A stretch of 64,000 nucleotides of DNA from assembly GCA_001662655.1 (NCBI GenBank), contig KV460208.1; one strand, written 5' to 3'. The notes below the pieces were generated by a model. It saw only the letters and a list, made by a program, of their open reading frames with translations, searched no databases and was not told where the DNA came from. The position numbers and the translations under genes were made by a program. This DNA is from Pseudogymnoascus verrucosus (Eukaryota). Shown piece by piece: positions 13,901 to 26,400 of this stretch (position 1 is the stretch's first letter; each line of letters opens with the position of its first letter).

Positions 13901-13948
13901 AATGCTGGGTGGGTGGTTAAGCAGGAGGGGCTCGTTAAGGCACTGTGA
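10943..13948 (+). CDS. Secreted six-hairpin glycosidase-like protein (uncharacterised, GH65/GH95-like fold), multi-exon
   Basis: Signal peptide MAVSNIVCALLLLPTLGLS, then IDR..., LQVGNGNFAFNVDNTGMQ, NPNRVNLGRIG, ELQRRILLSQY, PQESGLMNNGWYGKFHMEM, GARWPKMT, LMWQQPHPMYLAEL, PGNAAFLYA and end WVVKQEGLVKAL*. About ten canonical introns. Confidence 0.85.
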
Positions 13949-14137
13949 TGGGGAGACGGGATGTTTTAAGAGGGCCTTGATAGAATGCAAGGCGAGTATT
14001 CGCAGCATAGTATATTCCTTCCCGATTATTGTGAAGAAATCATATGTTTTGCTGCTGCTGCTGCTGTGACGTCAAGTCATATTCGCACCTGCTCCCATTT
14101 TGCAATTTACAGATGCTCTATATTTCCCGTGTAATTT

Positions 14138-14710
14138 TCACGGCAGCCGCTCAATGTATTCTCGATTTAACACCTTACCACTCCCTAGATAGAACTCCTC
14201 GTGTTCGAACCAGCTGATGGTTGCCGCTTCGACAGGCACCATGACATACATACTCCCAAAGAAATCCGTCTTATCATCTTGTCAACATCCTCTAGAACAA
14301 CATCCGTAACCCGAATACGACATGTCTTATTCCTAGCTGTATCTCCGTCGAGCACAGCAAAGGTAGATTCGACAAAGTTAGGATTCCGGTGCTTGCTCAT
14401 CCAAGTGCGGACTTCGTCGTCCGTCATCCCAAGAAATGGAGACTTGAACGGCTGCATTGGCTTCCGCGAACCATAGGTAACGGAATCTAGGTCCTCTGTA
14501 TCTAAAATACAGAGGCAGTCACCAGGTACACCTCTGTCGTCCATCATCATGGCACATAGGCCATTCTTAGCTTCGTCGATGAGCTCGTTGAGGACCTAAA
14601 CGGGTGATTTAGTTTGGAGATACCAATTAACATAGTCTTGCCTGCGAAGGCGGTTATTGTGCGCACTACGTACCTTTGTTGGACAGGAGCTGTAGCAGAG
14701 ATTGATCACT
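14138..14710 (-). pseudogene. Frameshifted small hypothetical gene (DUF6924-like fungal family, tentative)
   Basis: Spliced frame ...CYSSCPTK/VLNELIDEAK...FAVLDGDT... shifts by 1 nt at ~14270 into TDFFGSMYVMVPVEAATISWFEHEEFYLGSGKVLNREYIERLP*. No in-frame ATG seen upstream. Confidence 0.5.
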
Positions 14711-15072
14711 GGAAAGTAAAAGAGAGATGATGATGATGAAGTGGTAGTGGTAGTGTTCAAAAAGTTTCGGTGTATATATCCTCAAATATAGCCTCCCATA
14801 ACTAATCTACCTATCAGATCATTCCCCATCTCTATCCATCTCCCACCCTCATCTCATCTCATCCAGAGACCTTCCTTCCTTTCATATATCATAAACCCGA
14901 TATTTTCTTTTCCGCCAGACACGCCCGCGCATCCCATGGTATCTCTTCATCCCCTCCCCTTGCGTCCCGAATTCATACACCCCAAAAACCGCGGACCCTC
15001 AAAAAACAAACAAAAAACAACGCGCAGGACATAAGCGGGCATAAACATCATAAAACGCATCATAAAACGCAA

Positions 15073-17331
15073 TCACTCCATCAACTCCTCCAAATCCACA
15101 TCCTCCCCCCTCTCATCCCCCGTCGCCCCATGGAACCCCTCCGCCCTGCGCAGAGTCTGGACATCCAAATCTGTCACATACCTCCCCGCCCCCTCCGGGC
15201 CTAGGGGTACACGGACCTCAAAATCAGCACTAAGCATCATATCATCCTTCCACAGCCTGCGTCCGCCATCAAACACGCACAGAACGCGCTTCTTCATCTT
15301 CATCTGCGCCGCCGGACACCCCCAGCTGGAGGGGTAATCCTTGCGCTTCTTGCGGCCCCCCTTAGGGTGCGTGAGCGCCACGCCACCTTTGGAGTGGGTG
15401 AGTCCGCGCTTAGCACCCTTGCGACCAGCAGGACGGGCGGAGTTCTCATCATCGTCTTCGTCATCGGCTGCATCATCTTCTCCGTCCTCAGCATCGGAGA
15501 AGGACGTTTGATCAGGTGTGGTGGTAGGTAAATTCGACGCACGAAGCGTCTCAAGAACAGCACGATCACGCGATACCTCAGCGAGGCGCTCGGCGTTGAT
15601 AGCCTCAGCGGGCTCTTCCTGCTGCACGAGGCGCAGGACGCAGTCGTCGAGGTGCTCGTAGAAGTCCTGCGCGCTGGGGAACATAGCGCCGCAAGTGCTG
15701 CAGCGTCCCGTAGCATCAGGCGCGTATCCGACGGGGCGGCCGGTGGTAGTAGCTGCTGTGCTACCAGCAGCCGAGGTTGGGCCGGAAGAGGAGCCATTGC
15801 TCGTCTTGCGGCGGGAGTTAGGCGGGACCTGCTCGACGCAGTGGACGCCTGTGAGATGGCGTTTAAACACGTCTGCGCGGTTGAACGATTTCTCCGCGGC
15901 CGACCCGGAGCCAGGGCAGAAGCCGCACACCATCGTGCCCTTGTAGTGGGTGAGGGTGTGGCGGTTCTTGTCGTACTTGCGCGCGAAGCCCTTGGTGTGG
16001 TATTCGCAGGTGGTGATGGGGCATTTCTCGGGGCGCTCGGTCTGGTGCGTGAGCATGTGCGCTTTGAGGTCCTTGAAGGACTTGCCGCAGGTGGCGAAGG
16101 GGCAGTGGGTGCGCGGGGTGGAGGAGGAGGAGTCGGGGGAGGAGGGAGAGGCGGAGGCAATGGAGCCACGGCGGGAGGGGTAGGGGTAGGGCGCGTAGGA
16201 TTGCATGTAGGGCGAGGCGGAGGACTTGACGCGCTTGGAGGATCGGGAGGACATTTCGGAGGGGCTGGGAGAGTGTGGTGGGTACATTGTCTGTTGGACG
16301 AACTCCTCTTGTGGCATTGGGCTCGGAATTGGCGCGCCGGTGTATGAGTGGAGGATGGACGGGTCTGTGGGAGACGAGTTAGCAGCTGCTCGTGGAAAAG
16401 GCGGTGGACAGTTCGATGGAGGAAACCGACCGGAATAGGTGACAGGAGACACGAAAAAGCCGCGAGTGGGCGAAAATATGGGAGAAGAGATGGGATGATG
16501 AAGCTGATAAGGAAGAGAAACCCCGGGCGGGCCCTGCATGTGCCCCGCCACGTCAAGGGCAGAGGCCCGTCGCGAAGACAAAGGAGAAGAAGTACTCTGC
16601 GCGGACTGGAAGTGAAGACTGTCCCTCCGCGGAGGCGGAGACATGGCGGTCAATGAAGACGCGATGTTGATCGCGGTTGACTGCGCGACGAGCGAATCGA
16701 TAGGAGAGAGAGTAGAAGGAATTGGAGCACGAGGGGTAGATGCTGATGAGGAAGCAGGAAGGCTCGCACACTCACCCACAAAGCCCATGGGCTTGTTCAT
16801 ATCCGCGAAAGCGAAATCGTGCTCGAGACTGGCGCCGAAGCTGAAGTCGTTGGCGTAGCTGTAATCGCCGGCGATGGTGGGCGCGAGACCCAGCCCGTGG
16901 TGGGAGGTCCACTCGGAGATAGCGGAAGGGATCTGCGCATGGGTAGCGTAGGGCGAGCCGATGGCGGACGACGCGGCAGAGGGACCAGATGCGCTGGAGA
17001 GGTTGGAGGGAAGAGGGCAGCGGAGTTCAGGGGAGCCGGTAGGGTAGAGGGTGGGAGATCCCTTAGCGAATTCCGGCGCTGCCTCGGACTTGCAGTGCTG
17101 CTCGGAAGCGAAGTTGGGATTCGCGTAGGGATCCTGTGTCACTGTGGATCGCTGGAAGTTGTAAGCGACGAGCGCTGGGTCCATGTTGAAGGTCGGGAGG
17201 TTGTTCATGCTGATGACTTCGGCAGCGTAGATGTGGTGACTGTCGGTGAAGAGAGGGAAATCGGCTTCTTCATATTGCTCGTTCATATTGTGTAAAGGGT
17301 TATAGTTTTGGTTGTGGAGGATGGCCGTCAT
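15073..17331 (-). CDS. C2H2 zinc-finger transcription factor (conserved Pezizomycotina family)
   Basis: 752-aa ORF with CPFATCGKSFKDLKAHMLTH, CPITTCEYHTKGFARKYDKNRHTLTH, CGFC...KRHLTGVH and CSTC...HLDDC, plus a Ser/Pro-rich N-terminus. Probable in-frame intron at 16365-16775. Confidence 0.93.
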   Translation of the reverse strand: MTAILHNQNYNPLHNMNEQYEEADFPLFTDSHHIYAAEVISMNNLPTFNMDPALVAYNFQRSTVTQDPYANPNFASEQHCKSEAAPEFAKGSPTLYPTGSPELRCPLPSNLSSASGPSAASSAIGSPYATHAQIPSAISEWTSHHGLGLAPTIAGDYSYANDFSFGASLEHDFAFADMNKPMGFVGECASLPASSSASTPRAPIPSTLSPIDSLVAQSTAINIASSLTAMSPPPRRDSLHFQSAQSTSSPLSSRRASALDVAGHMQGPPGVSLPYQLHHPISSPIFSPTRGFFVSPVTYSGRFPPSNCPPPFPRAAANSSPTDPSILHSYTGAPIPSPMPQEEFVQQTMYPPHSPSPSEMSSRSSKRVKSSASPYMQSYAPYPYPSRRGSIASASPSSPDSSSSTPRTHCPFATCGKSFKDLKAHMLTHQTERPEKCPITTCEYHTKGFARKYDKNRHTLTHYKGTMVCGFCPGSGSAAEKSFNRADVFKRHLTGVHCVEQVPPNSRRKTSNGSSSGPTSAAGSTAATTTGRPVGYAPDATGRCSTCGAMFPSAQDFYEHLDDCVLRLVQQEEPAEAINAERLAEVSRDRAVLETLRASNLPTTTPDQTSFSDAEDGEDDAADDEDDDENSARPAGRKGAKRGLTHSKGGVALTHPKGGRKKRKDYPSSWGCPAAQMKMKKRVLCVFDGGRRLWKDDMMLSADFEVRVPLGPEGAGRYVTDLDVQTLRRAEGFHGATGDERGEDVDLEELME

Positions 17332-17394
17332 AATTAGTTATTATTGGGGTCGTTTCTGCGGGTGGGCGAGGCTGTGCTGATGAGGCTGCGCAGG

Positions 17395-17488
17395 CTAAGC
17401 AATACAGGGCACAGGTCAGCAACCAAACCAAATTCTCTGCTGCTCCCCCAATGAGATCATCTGCAGCGGCCCAGGGCGATGAACATAC
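17395..17488 (-). other. Probable 5'-UTR intron of the C2H2 TF gene
   Basis: Minus strand AG|GTATGT donor at 17488, GCTGAC branch point, TTAG acceptor at 17395. Confidence 0.5.
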
Positions 17489-17499
17489 CTCGCTGGAAT

Positions 17500-20400
17500 T
17501 AGAATTAAACAATTCAGTGACGTGTGAAAGCCACAGCGGGCCGGACTGTAAAAATATTCTCGTCGTATGGTGTTTTGTGTGTTTTTGGTGTTCGCGGTGA
17601 GCTGTGTTCTCGGGTGGTTGGTTTCGGGAGTTCGAGTCCAGGTACCCGGTAGTTCGAAAGAGACAATGGACAGCGGTGTCGAGAAGAAGCTCAGATTATA
17701 GCGGGGGAAGAATTCGAAGCTGTCGGATGGATGGGCGAGAGTGAGCGGCGCGTCGGTATTATATTATTATAGAGTTTTCGGAGACGCCGAGGTAGATTGA
17801 AGCTGCTGATAGCGAGTGTTCGTGATCGTGACAGAGGTGAGTGAAGGTGAAGTCGAGGGGAAATAGTGCCATCGACTGGGTATGGGCGAGGTGTAGTAGG
17901 GTATTGCTCGGAGAGAGAGATGGGGGGGGAAGAATATAATATATATTTCGGTTGACGCTGAGTGGTGAGTGGTGAGGGAAAGAGCGACTTGGATCAATGA
18001 TGGGGAGGAGGGAGGGTTGATATGTTTCTCATATTTTTATTTTTATTTCGGGTACTCTCTGGCTTTCTGGGGGGGGGAGTGACGGGGTTTGAGTGTAGAG
18101 TGGAGAGAGGACTGAGATGATGGGGTGGGTGGTGGAAGAGAGTCGACTGGGATGACAGGGGAGGGGGGGTGGTGGGTGGGTAGGGTAGGGATAGTGGATT
18201 TGGATGGGGGTTGAGTTGACTTTTGACTAGGGGGGGCTATGATGATGGTTGACGAGGATTTTTGACCAGGGTAGGGTTCTTGCGAGGGTTCGATGGCGTT
18301 TGGGGGGGTTAGGGGGGTCGTGGGTCGGTCGGGGGTTGCAAGATTAGAGATGCATGGATGGGGGATGGGGATGGGGGTACATGCAATACTGGAGTACTTT
18401 GAGGGAGAAGATGAGGAGGGATAGGGAGGGTAGGGAGGATAGAAAAGGATAGGGTGCATTAGTAAGACGGGGAGGACGAGGAGGTAGAGGAAGTGTAGGA
18501 TTAAGAGGACAGGAGGAGACGGAGAGGAGAGGGGATAGGAGTAGAGAGTATAGTACAGTAGAGAGTAGAGAATGCAGGAGAGGGTAGAGAGAGAGTACAG
18601 TACAGTAGAAGGGACAACAGAGAGTACAGTAAAGGGACAATAGAGATGCACAATATAGACGCAGAGTACAAGAGAGAGTGGCATCAAGGATCCCTCTTAC
18701 TGTAGAGTACGATGTAGAGCACGATGAAGGTTACTCCTGTATACAGAACGTCATGTGTGCGGTGTGTCTCGCTGGTCAGCTCTGGGACGGTTGTACTGGG
18801 AGTTTTAGTATACAGTATTACTGTTACTCGAAAGGAGGGAAAGAAGATTGAATTGAACTGCCTGCGTCGTGTTGAGTCGTGTGTATGTATATCGATCGTA
18901 TTAATCGATCGTGTGAATCGTGTGAATCGTGTCAAATTGTACTGCTAGTAATCGCGTCAATTGTCCTGCCAGTCAGCCGTCTGTCTATCTGTATAATCCC
19001 ATTGTAATCAATCACTCAAATCAATCGTATCCATTGTCCACTCTCCATCACGCCAATTGTCTTATTACCTACACCCCATTACACTCCTCAGTACCACCAG
19101 ACTCAAACACCTCTAACCGTCCTCTCTCCCCATCTCCGTCTCCTTCCCATTCCCAGCACACCCTCCTCTCCTGCCACCACCCACAACCAGGAACTAACTG
19201 ACACGAGAGATGTTCACCTAGGATCTCACCACCACAGGGGACCACCAAACCCAACTACAAGGGATCTCACACTGGGGACCGACTCACCAGGGATCCTGTC
19301 TCCCTAACCACAGCAGCAGGACGAGACGAGAGACGAGCGTACTCGAGACAGACAGACCAGAACAGAACAGCGTCACACATCCCCATCCCCATCCCTCCTA
19401 GTAGTACAGCACATCACCCCAAATCTCCCCTCTCCCCAGCCAACCACGAGCCTTAGACATGGGGATGACAAGGTTCCCGGACCAACTCTGCGGTTTCCCT
19501 TTCCCTTTCCCTCACCAAACCCTCTTAGACATCGTACCATATTCCACTCACTCTCGGTACCTCCCTGTTCCCCTGCACCAACCGTATCTGTCGAAATTAC
19601 AGGTACCTCCACCACCCATCCACTCTAGTACGGGCGAAGCGAGGCGAGACGAGGCGAATTCCGTGCTTGGCAGGTGCTTGGTTTAGTTAACTTGGTCTAG
19701 TTTACTAGGATTTGTCTTTAGGCCGATGGAAAGACATAGCTGTTTTGGGACTGGGAGGAGGGTCAAGGGGGCAGGGGAGGGAGTGGCTAATGATGGATCG
19801 GGGATTGAGCGGGTAGGGAGGGCGCTAGGGGGAAGGGAGAGGAGTGGTAGGGCAGGTAGGGCGGTAGGGCGAGAGAGGCATTGGGCGGATGGTGGTGTTG
19901 GTTGTTGCTTGCGAGATGAGAGACCGTCTGTGTGGGATGGACGGACTCGAGTTTGGTTGGTACTATAGGTGCTGTTATAGGGAGGGAGTGGAGGAGTGTG
20001 GTATTGTTGTGCACGATGCGAAACTAGGGGATGTACTATACAGATTGGATTACGGACAAACTGTGCAGAGAGCAGGTACCAGATATACAGATATACAGAC
20101 ATACAGACAGACAGACAGACAGACAGGACAGTCAGATAACACAGTACCTGCACAAAAGCGGTGTCCGTCGTTCATGCCGTCCTACAACCTCCCTCTCCCC
20201 CTCTCCCCCTTCACCCTACACTTCCACTCCCTACCCTCAAAACACCACGCTCACACAAACCCCCTCCCCATATTAAACAATCCCCCCGGCCTCCCCATCC
20301 AGTGCACATCGAGTGTGAAAAAGTACTTTTTTATACCACCATCCAAATACCACCACCGATACGACATACCACCATCCCACACCATCCCACACCATGCCGT

Positions 20401-23400
20401 ACAACCCACCGACGCTCACACAAGACAAGACAAGCGCTGCGAGACAACGCCGAGAGAAATCCCATCCAATGCAGGACAAGTCCTTCTGTGCACCCAGTTC
20501 GGACGCTGGATTCATCGTATAGGCATCTTGTACTTCCCATCTCGCACTGCACTTAGGTACCTTCCTTCTACCACCACCACCACCATACATCCTCCTATAC
20601 ACTATTCAGTACACCCATCCATCCATCCATCCAATCCATCAATTCCAGTAATTAATATACAGTACATCCCCCCTCCGTGAATCCTCACAAAAGTACTCAG
20701 TCCCCATCATACCCCCTTCCGGCATAGTTAAACGAACAACTCATCACCCCCCATGTCCCTGCAAAACCCTACCTACCAACCCGCCCTTCCCCCGGTACAA
20801 TCCCACCCAATCCCATGCCCATCGCACCCACTTATCCCATGGAGCTGGATGGATGCGCGCCGGGACACGCACATCCCGGTGAACCCCTCCCCTGCCGTGG
20901 CCTGCCCTGTCCTGTCCTTTTCGGCCCTGCAGATTCTCGGTAAAGAAGGGGGTACGTACTGCGGTTCAGTATTTGGAGTAAGTTTGGCTTGGTTTGTCAC
21001 TCGGTGCATGTACTGTATCGACCAGTGGTGGATAGAGAAGAGAGAGAGAGAGAGAGAGGTGGATAAAGAGGGTGCAGATGAGACAGCGGTATGGAGACTA
21101 TTCGATAGACAGCTGTCTTGGCTGGTAGCTCTGTGTCGGTACGGGACGCTGTCATGTAGGTGCGTGCGATCCATCAACTCACTCCTCTTACCCGCCCCCC
21201 GATCTCTGGTCCCCTTCGATTCCCTTCCCGAGCGAGATGGGCGGTAGAGAAGGTGACAGGTGAGATATTCACCGGATTCGGCAACACCAATACAACCACC
21301 CTCACCCTCACCAGCCATCAACCACCCGCCCACCCTGTCCTAGAGCTCGATACAGCAGGAGGAGGAGTACTGTGGAAAAGTACACACACACACACCACCA
21401 CCGGTCCGTCCGTAAAAGTATCCTCGATCGTTAATTTAGCACTGGTAGGGATGAGAGGTCGGTATGCACGACACACCAGGCACCTACCACCCATCGCGGC
21501 GCCGTCTGTCCCCTAATTCACTAGCTAAAGTCGATACATCCATAATCCATACCGTAGCAGCACTGTAATGTAAATCTTCAAATCCCGAGTCCGTCTCCAC
21601 AGTAGGTGGTTAACAGGGAAGTTTTAAAGAGACACATCCCCTAGGGATAGGGATAGTAATTTTGTGAACCCCCGAGCCGTGGAGAAGCTCGAAGCGAAGC
21701 GGATACATCCATCCTTCACAGTACTGTACTTCGGTAATCTGCTCTCGGCGCTCTTAACCAACTACTGCAGCAGCCTAAGGCCACCACCCACCCACTCATC
21801 CACCACCCACAACAATCTCCGCCACACCCACAACACCTACCACCACACACTCACACAGCCCTACGACCACCCCCCCCCCCAATCACCACCCGTCCCGCCT
21901 CCCCCCCGCCCGTCTGGGACGGGTGTGGCTGTGGCTGGGGTGAGGTGAGCTATTTATGGATCCACTCGTCTAAATGGGATAGTCGGTGTAGAGTTGTGGC
22001 TTGATCGGGTTAGGGGGTGGTGTACCCAGCCACAATTGCTCTGCAGCAGAGATCGCACACTCCGAGATGATGGGTCGGAAGGGGGAGGGGAGAGGGGGGC
22101 TAGGACGGATGGGGGTGTATGTGTTGTGGCTTGTGGTGTTGAGGATGGGGGGGATGGGATGGGTTGTGCCGGTGTGGTGGGTGGTGGGTTTAGGATGAGT
22201 GAGGTGACTGAGTGAACTGAACTGAGATATCTCCCAGATGACTGATGTTTGAAATGCCGATTGTAGGAATAGTAGTCAATCCTATCGCTGGTAAAACCCC
22301 ATCACTAGTAAAAACCCATCGCACATCTCGACGGCTAAATCCCACCACCACCCTTCCCTTCGTATCGGCATCCCCAATCCCTCATCCCCAAATCCCACCA
22401 CCTGACCCAACCCATCGGCCGTACACAAGAACACCCGTTTCACGCACCGCATCGAACCGCATCGCATGGTAGCGCATGTCTCACTCACTCACACCCTACA
22501 CCCTCCACCCATCCATCCCTCCCGAATCCCCCTCGGATCCCTCTGTGCACCCACCCCATGCAAATCCCATCGCATCTCCACACCGGTCAGTAGGGGATCC
22601 CGGGTGGTAACTTAACTTCCTGTACACGGGGTGTCGGTGGTGTGGTGGTCAGAGCCGCCCAGGTGCACAGACGACAACGGGACAACCTTCGTCCGCGGTA
22701 GTTTCGTGGGATGAGTCCTATTCCGGACAGCGAGAGTTGGTGTGGGTAGGTGGGTAGGATGGGTGCCTGGTATGCCAGGGGGTAGGTGTGGGTGGTGGTG
22801 GGTGTGGCTCGTACCCCTGGAGAATGGACTAGCGGGGACGCTAGAGTGGCAGCAGGGCAACAGGCAGGGGTTTGTACAGGACAAGGGACTGCTGGCGAGA
22901 GTTTTGGCGGGCTAGGGACGCCTTACCCGATACAGGCAGTCAGATGGTGTGGCATAACCGAGTGGCTGTGTGCACGGTGGCTCCGCCTTATGGCTGGCGC
23001 TAACCTGGAATCGTATGTATGTTTGCTATGCTAGAGGAAAAGTTGGGTATGAACATGGGTATAGGTAGGGAAAGGGTAAATGGGCTGCTTGCTGCCACGG
23101 CTAGAAAGGGAGCTTGAGCCACACTCTGGTCTGGGACCGAAATAGAAATTTGGCAGCGGCGTTGCGGCGCGATGGCTGGTGGTGGGTGGGCTACAGATAG
23201 TTTGCATGAGATGGGGGCGAAGGCGATGCAGAGGTGGATGGCTTCGAACTACTGCAGTGCGGTGAGGTTAGAATAGAATAGAAATAGAATAGAAACACAA
23301 CACCACACAACTGCCGACCGGTGACGGACGAAGGGATGGGGGCGGAGACTTTACTCATCCTGCTGATGATGAGGATGAGCATTAGGGTTTGACTATGAAA

Positions 23401-26400
23401 CGCACATTCGTACAGACCGGCGAAGGAAAAGGGAAGGAGGGACAGTCTCATGTCATGTCATCCTAACCAACTGTATACCCTCCCACCCCACCCCACCTCC
23501 TCCTACCCATACCCACGTTCCAGACCAACCCACGACGGGGACCCGACGGTGGCCGGCCCCCAATCTCGCATCATACAACCCCAAATAATCATCAACGGAT
23601 CCCCCCCATCTCGCGTGGGGAGCACACGGGGTGCGTGGCTGTTGCTGTTGCTGTTGTGGAGTGCATCTATCTCGCCGAGGGGTGGCGTACCTGCCTCTGT
23701 GCTCCCCGTGGTGGTCTTCGTACTCGGGGATGACGAGGAGGAAGAGGAGGACGGACACAGAACCCCTTTCTACGAGAATAATGGAACATAACACAGAAAC
23801 ACAGAAACACACGACTTGACCCCGTCCTCGCGCAACATCCACATTCCCCTGAGGTCGTGACACCATCGTATTATCTCCCTCTCCCTCTCTCCGTCCCTCC
23901 CTCGCACAGTATCAAGACTCCTCGTCCTCGCACAGCATACAGTATCAAGACTCCTCCTCATCCTCGCACCACATCACAGCACAGCACAATATCTCCTTCC
24001 CTCCCTCCCTCCTCTCCTAGTACCACCCCGCACAAAGACAGGCACCAATCCACCCAGCCGCCCGTCGTCGCGCAGGACACAGCCCTACGACACATGCCAT
24101 GCCATGCCATGCCATGCGTCTGCCCGGCTATCTTCGCGCTACCCCCGGGTGCATTTTATGAACTTAATATACACAATAGAGTACAGTGCTATAATAGGAT
24201 GAGGTTTGTAGGAGAGTAGGGGAGTGGTTACCGCGATGCTGTATCATACCCTACCCCCATACCCTACCACCATGCGCTGCCATGCACCCTCCCGTTAGCG
24301 CGCGGAGTCGCCGGTGCGTGCTGCGGTGTTCGATGTTCGATACTGTGCTTACCTTACTGCACTGCACTCACTGCGGCGGTAAGTAAGAAATGCATACTGC
24401 GGTAAGAAATACGATACGACGTACACCACAGATAGATGAGTGTTCGCCCAGGGTGCCATACCATATCTGCCTACCTGCCGTGCCCGCCGATGCCGTGCAC
24501 TGCGGTGTGGTGTTACGGTGTGGATCGTCCTGCAACTATCGAAGCCGCAGCGGCAAACCCCAAGTAGGCGATTCTTAGCGGTGTAGGTAGCGGATGTGAT
24601 GTGTTGTGTTGTGTGGTGTGGTGTGGTGTAGTGTGCCTTACCACCACCATCGGGGATGACAGTATGCAGTGCGTGCTTCTATGCATACACGGGGATTCAC
24701 GAGGGGATGAAATGTACAGCATCGAACTCGAACTGGGGGTAGGGGGTTGGATGGGGTTATCGAGAACGAGAATGGGGGGGACACAACGGACGGAGAAGAG
24801 CGCGTGGACGCCATGTGCGTTTCCTTCGTTCGTGTTGGTATTGGTATCCCCCCTCCCCTCCCTCCCGTTCGTACGATGCTATGCGATGTAATGTGCGCTT
24901 GATTACGTCCATCTCGAGGCCTTAGATGCGAGATGGCGGCGATGTAGGGGTTGTACAAAACAATCCAACACCACTATATTGCTCTCCCTTGCCCTTGGCG
25001 CTGGATTGGTTCTCCGATTGCCAAGTCACGGGTGCGGTAGGACGGGTGATCGCGCGTGTCGGGGCGCCCGAGGGCCAGTGAGTGGATGGCGGGTGGGTGG
25101 GATGATCTAATCTTAGGGTGTGAGCCAATAGGACTTCATAAGTGCTGTTTTGGGGGATATGGGGTTGTAAGCCGGGAAAAGAGGGAGGGTCGTTTCATCA
25201 TATCGAAGTACTGTTACTCCCGATTATTTCTACCAAACTCGAAATTTGCGGATATCTCCAAATGCAAGTACACTACATTCTCCATAACTCGTAGCAAAAA
25301 ATCCCCACCCCGATCGGCCCACCCGTCCTCGCTGGCAAACAAAAACGAAATAAAAAAGCCGACAAACCAAATTACCCCCTCCCAGCCCTATGAGGCCCAA
25401 ACGCACCTAATCCAATCAACCCCCTCCCCCCCTTTTCCCCCCCAGCGATCCCCAATGCCTCACCCCCTATCAACACCTCCCGCCGACCAGCGCGATGGGT
25501 AAGCAAAAAACCGCCAGCGCACTCCACCACCGATCCACTTGGCAAGCCTGAGTAGAGTCCACCAGCGTCCACCAGAGCAAGATAGGACAGGACAGGGCAG
25601 CCCTATGAAACGGGTTCTTCCAGCAGGTAGGACAGGCTTCTCCTTACTCGTGCATACAGTATAATCAGCAAGCGGAAGGGCCGGTAAGTATGCATGCACC
25701 AACCGACTAACTGACTGACTGACCCCTTTGTCTCGGAGCCAGTAATTGATATCCTCCCTACCCGTACCCACCGGCCCCTCAGCCCTATGACCACTCCACC
25801 ACTTTTAAGTCCAAATCACTCACCACGGCTCTCATCCAATCCCTCCCCCTCCACTTCCTCACACCTCATTTCTCAAAGGGCCACCACATGTTACCTACTC
25901 AAGGCATAAGCAAGCAACGCGGTAAGCTTAATCACTCACTCACCCGCTCACCAACCGGTGTCTCCCGCCATGTCGAGGAGGACGTTGGGCATCCATCCAT
26001 CCACCGCCACCGCCAGCCCTACGAGTCACTGTCCACTGTCCGCTAATGGCTGGATACGAACTACTCACTGTCCACCAACCACTACCTACTAATCAGCGCC
26101 AGCACGAGCACCCGCCCACACCCGCCCACACTCTCCCGTCCCGCGTTGTTGTCCCACGCACTCGGTCGCATGTGCGGTCTGGACTTCGCTGGCTCCTGAG
26201 ACGGGATGGGATGGGAGGAAATGAGGTGAGGTGAGGTGCGTGCGACGGGATAGATGGGTGGACGGGAGATGCCAGGACGCCACTTGCGGCGAGCGCCGTG
26301 CCGTGGCGGGTTGGTGGTTGGGACCGGTGTGGTGGGCGTGGGGGCTAAGGGGGCTGTGGGTGGGCGGTGGTGGTGGTGGTGGCAGTGGATGGATAGGGGT

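Noticed and set aside
15300..16556. 418-aa alternative-frame ORF inside the TF gene
   Set aside because: Non-ATG start and Pro/Arg/Thr-rich composition expected from GC-rich codon bias in the real frame.
17625..17645. tRNA T-loop-like GTTCGAGTCC
   Set aside because: No T-stem, D-arm or acceptor stem can be formed.
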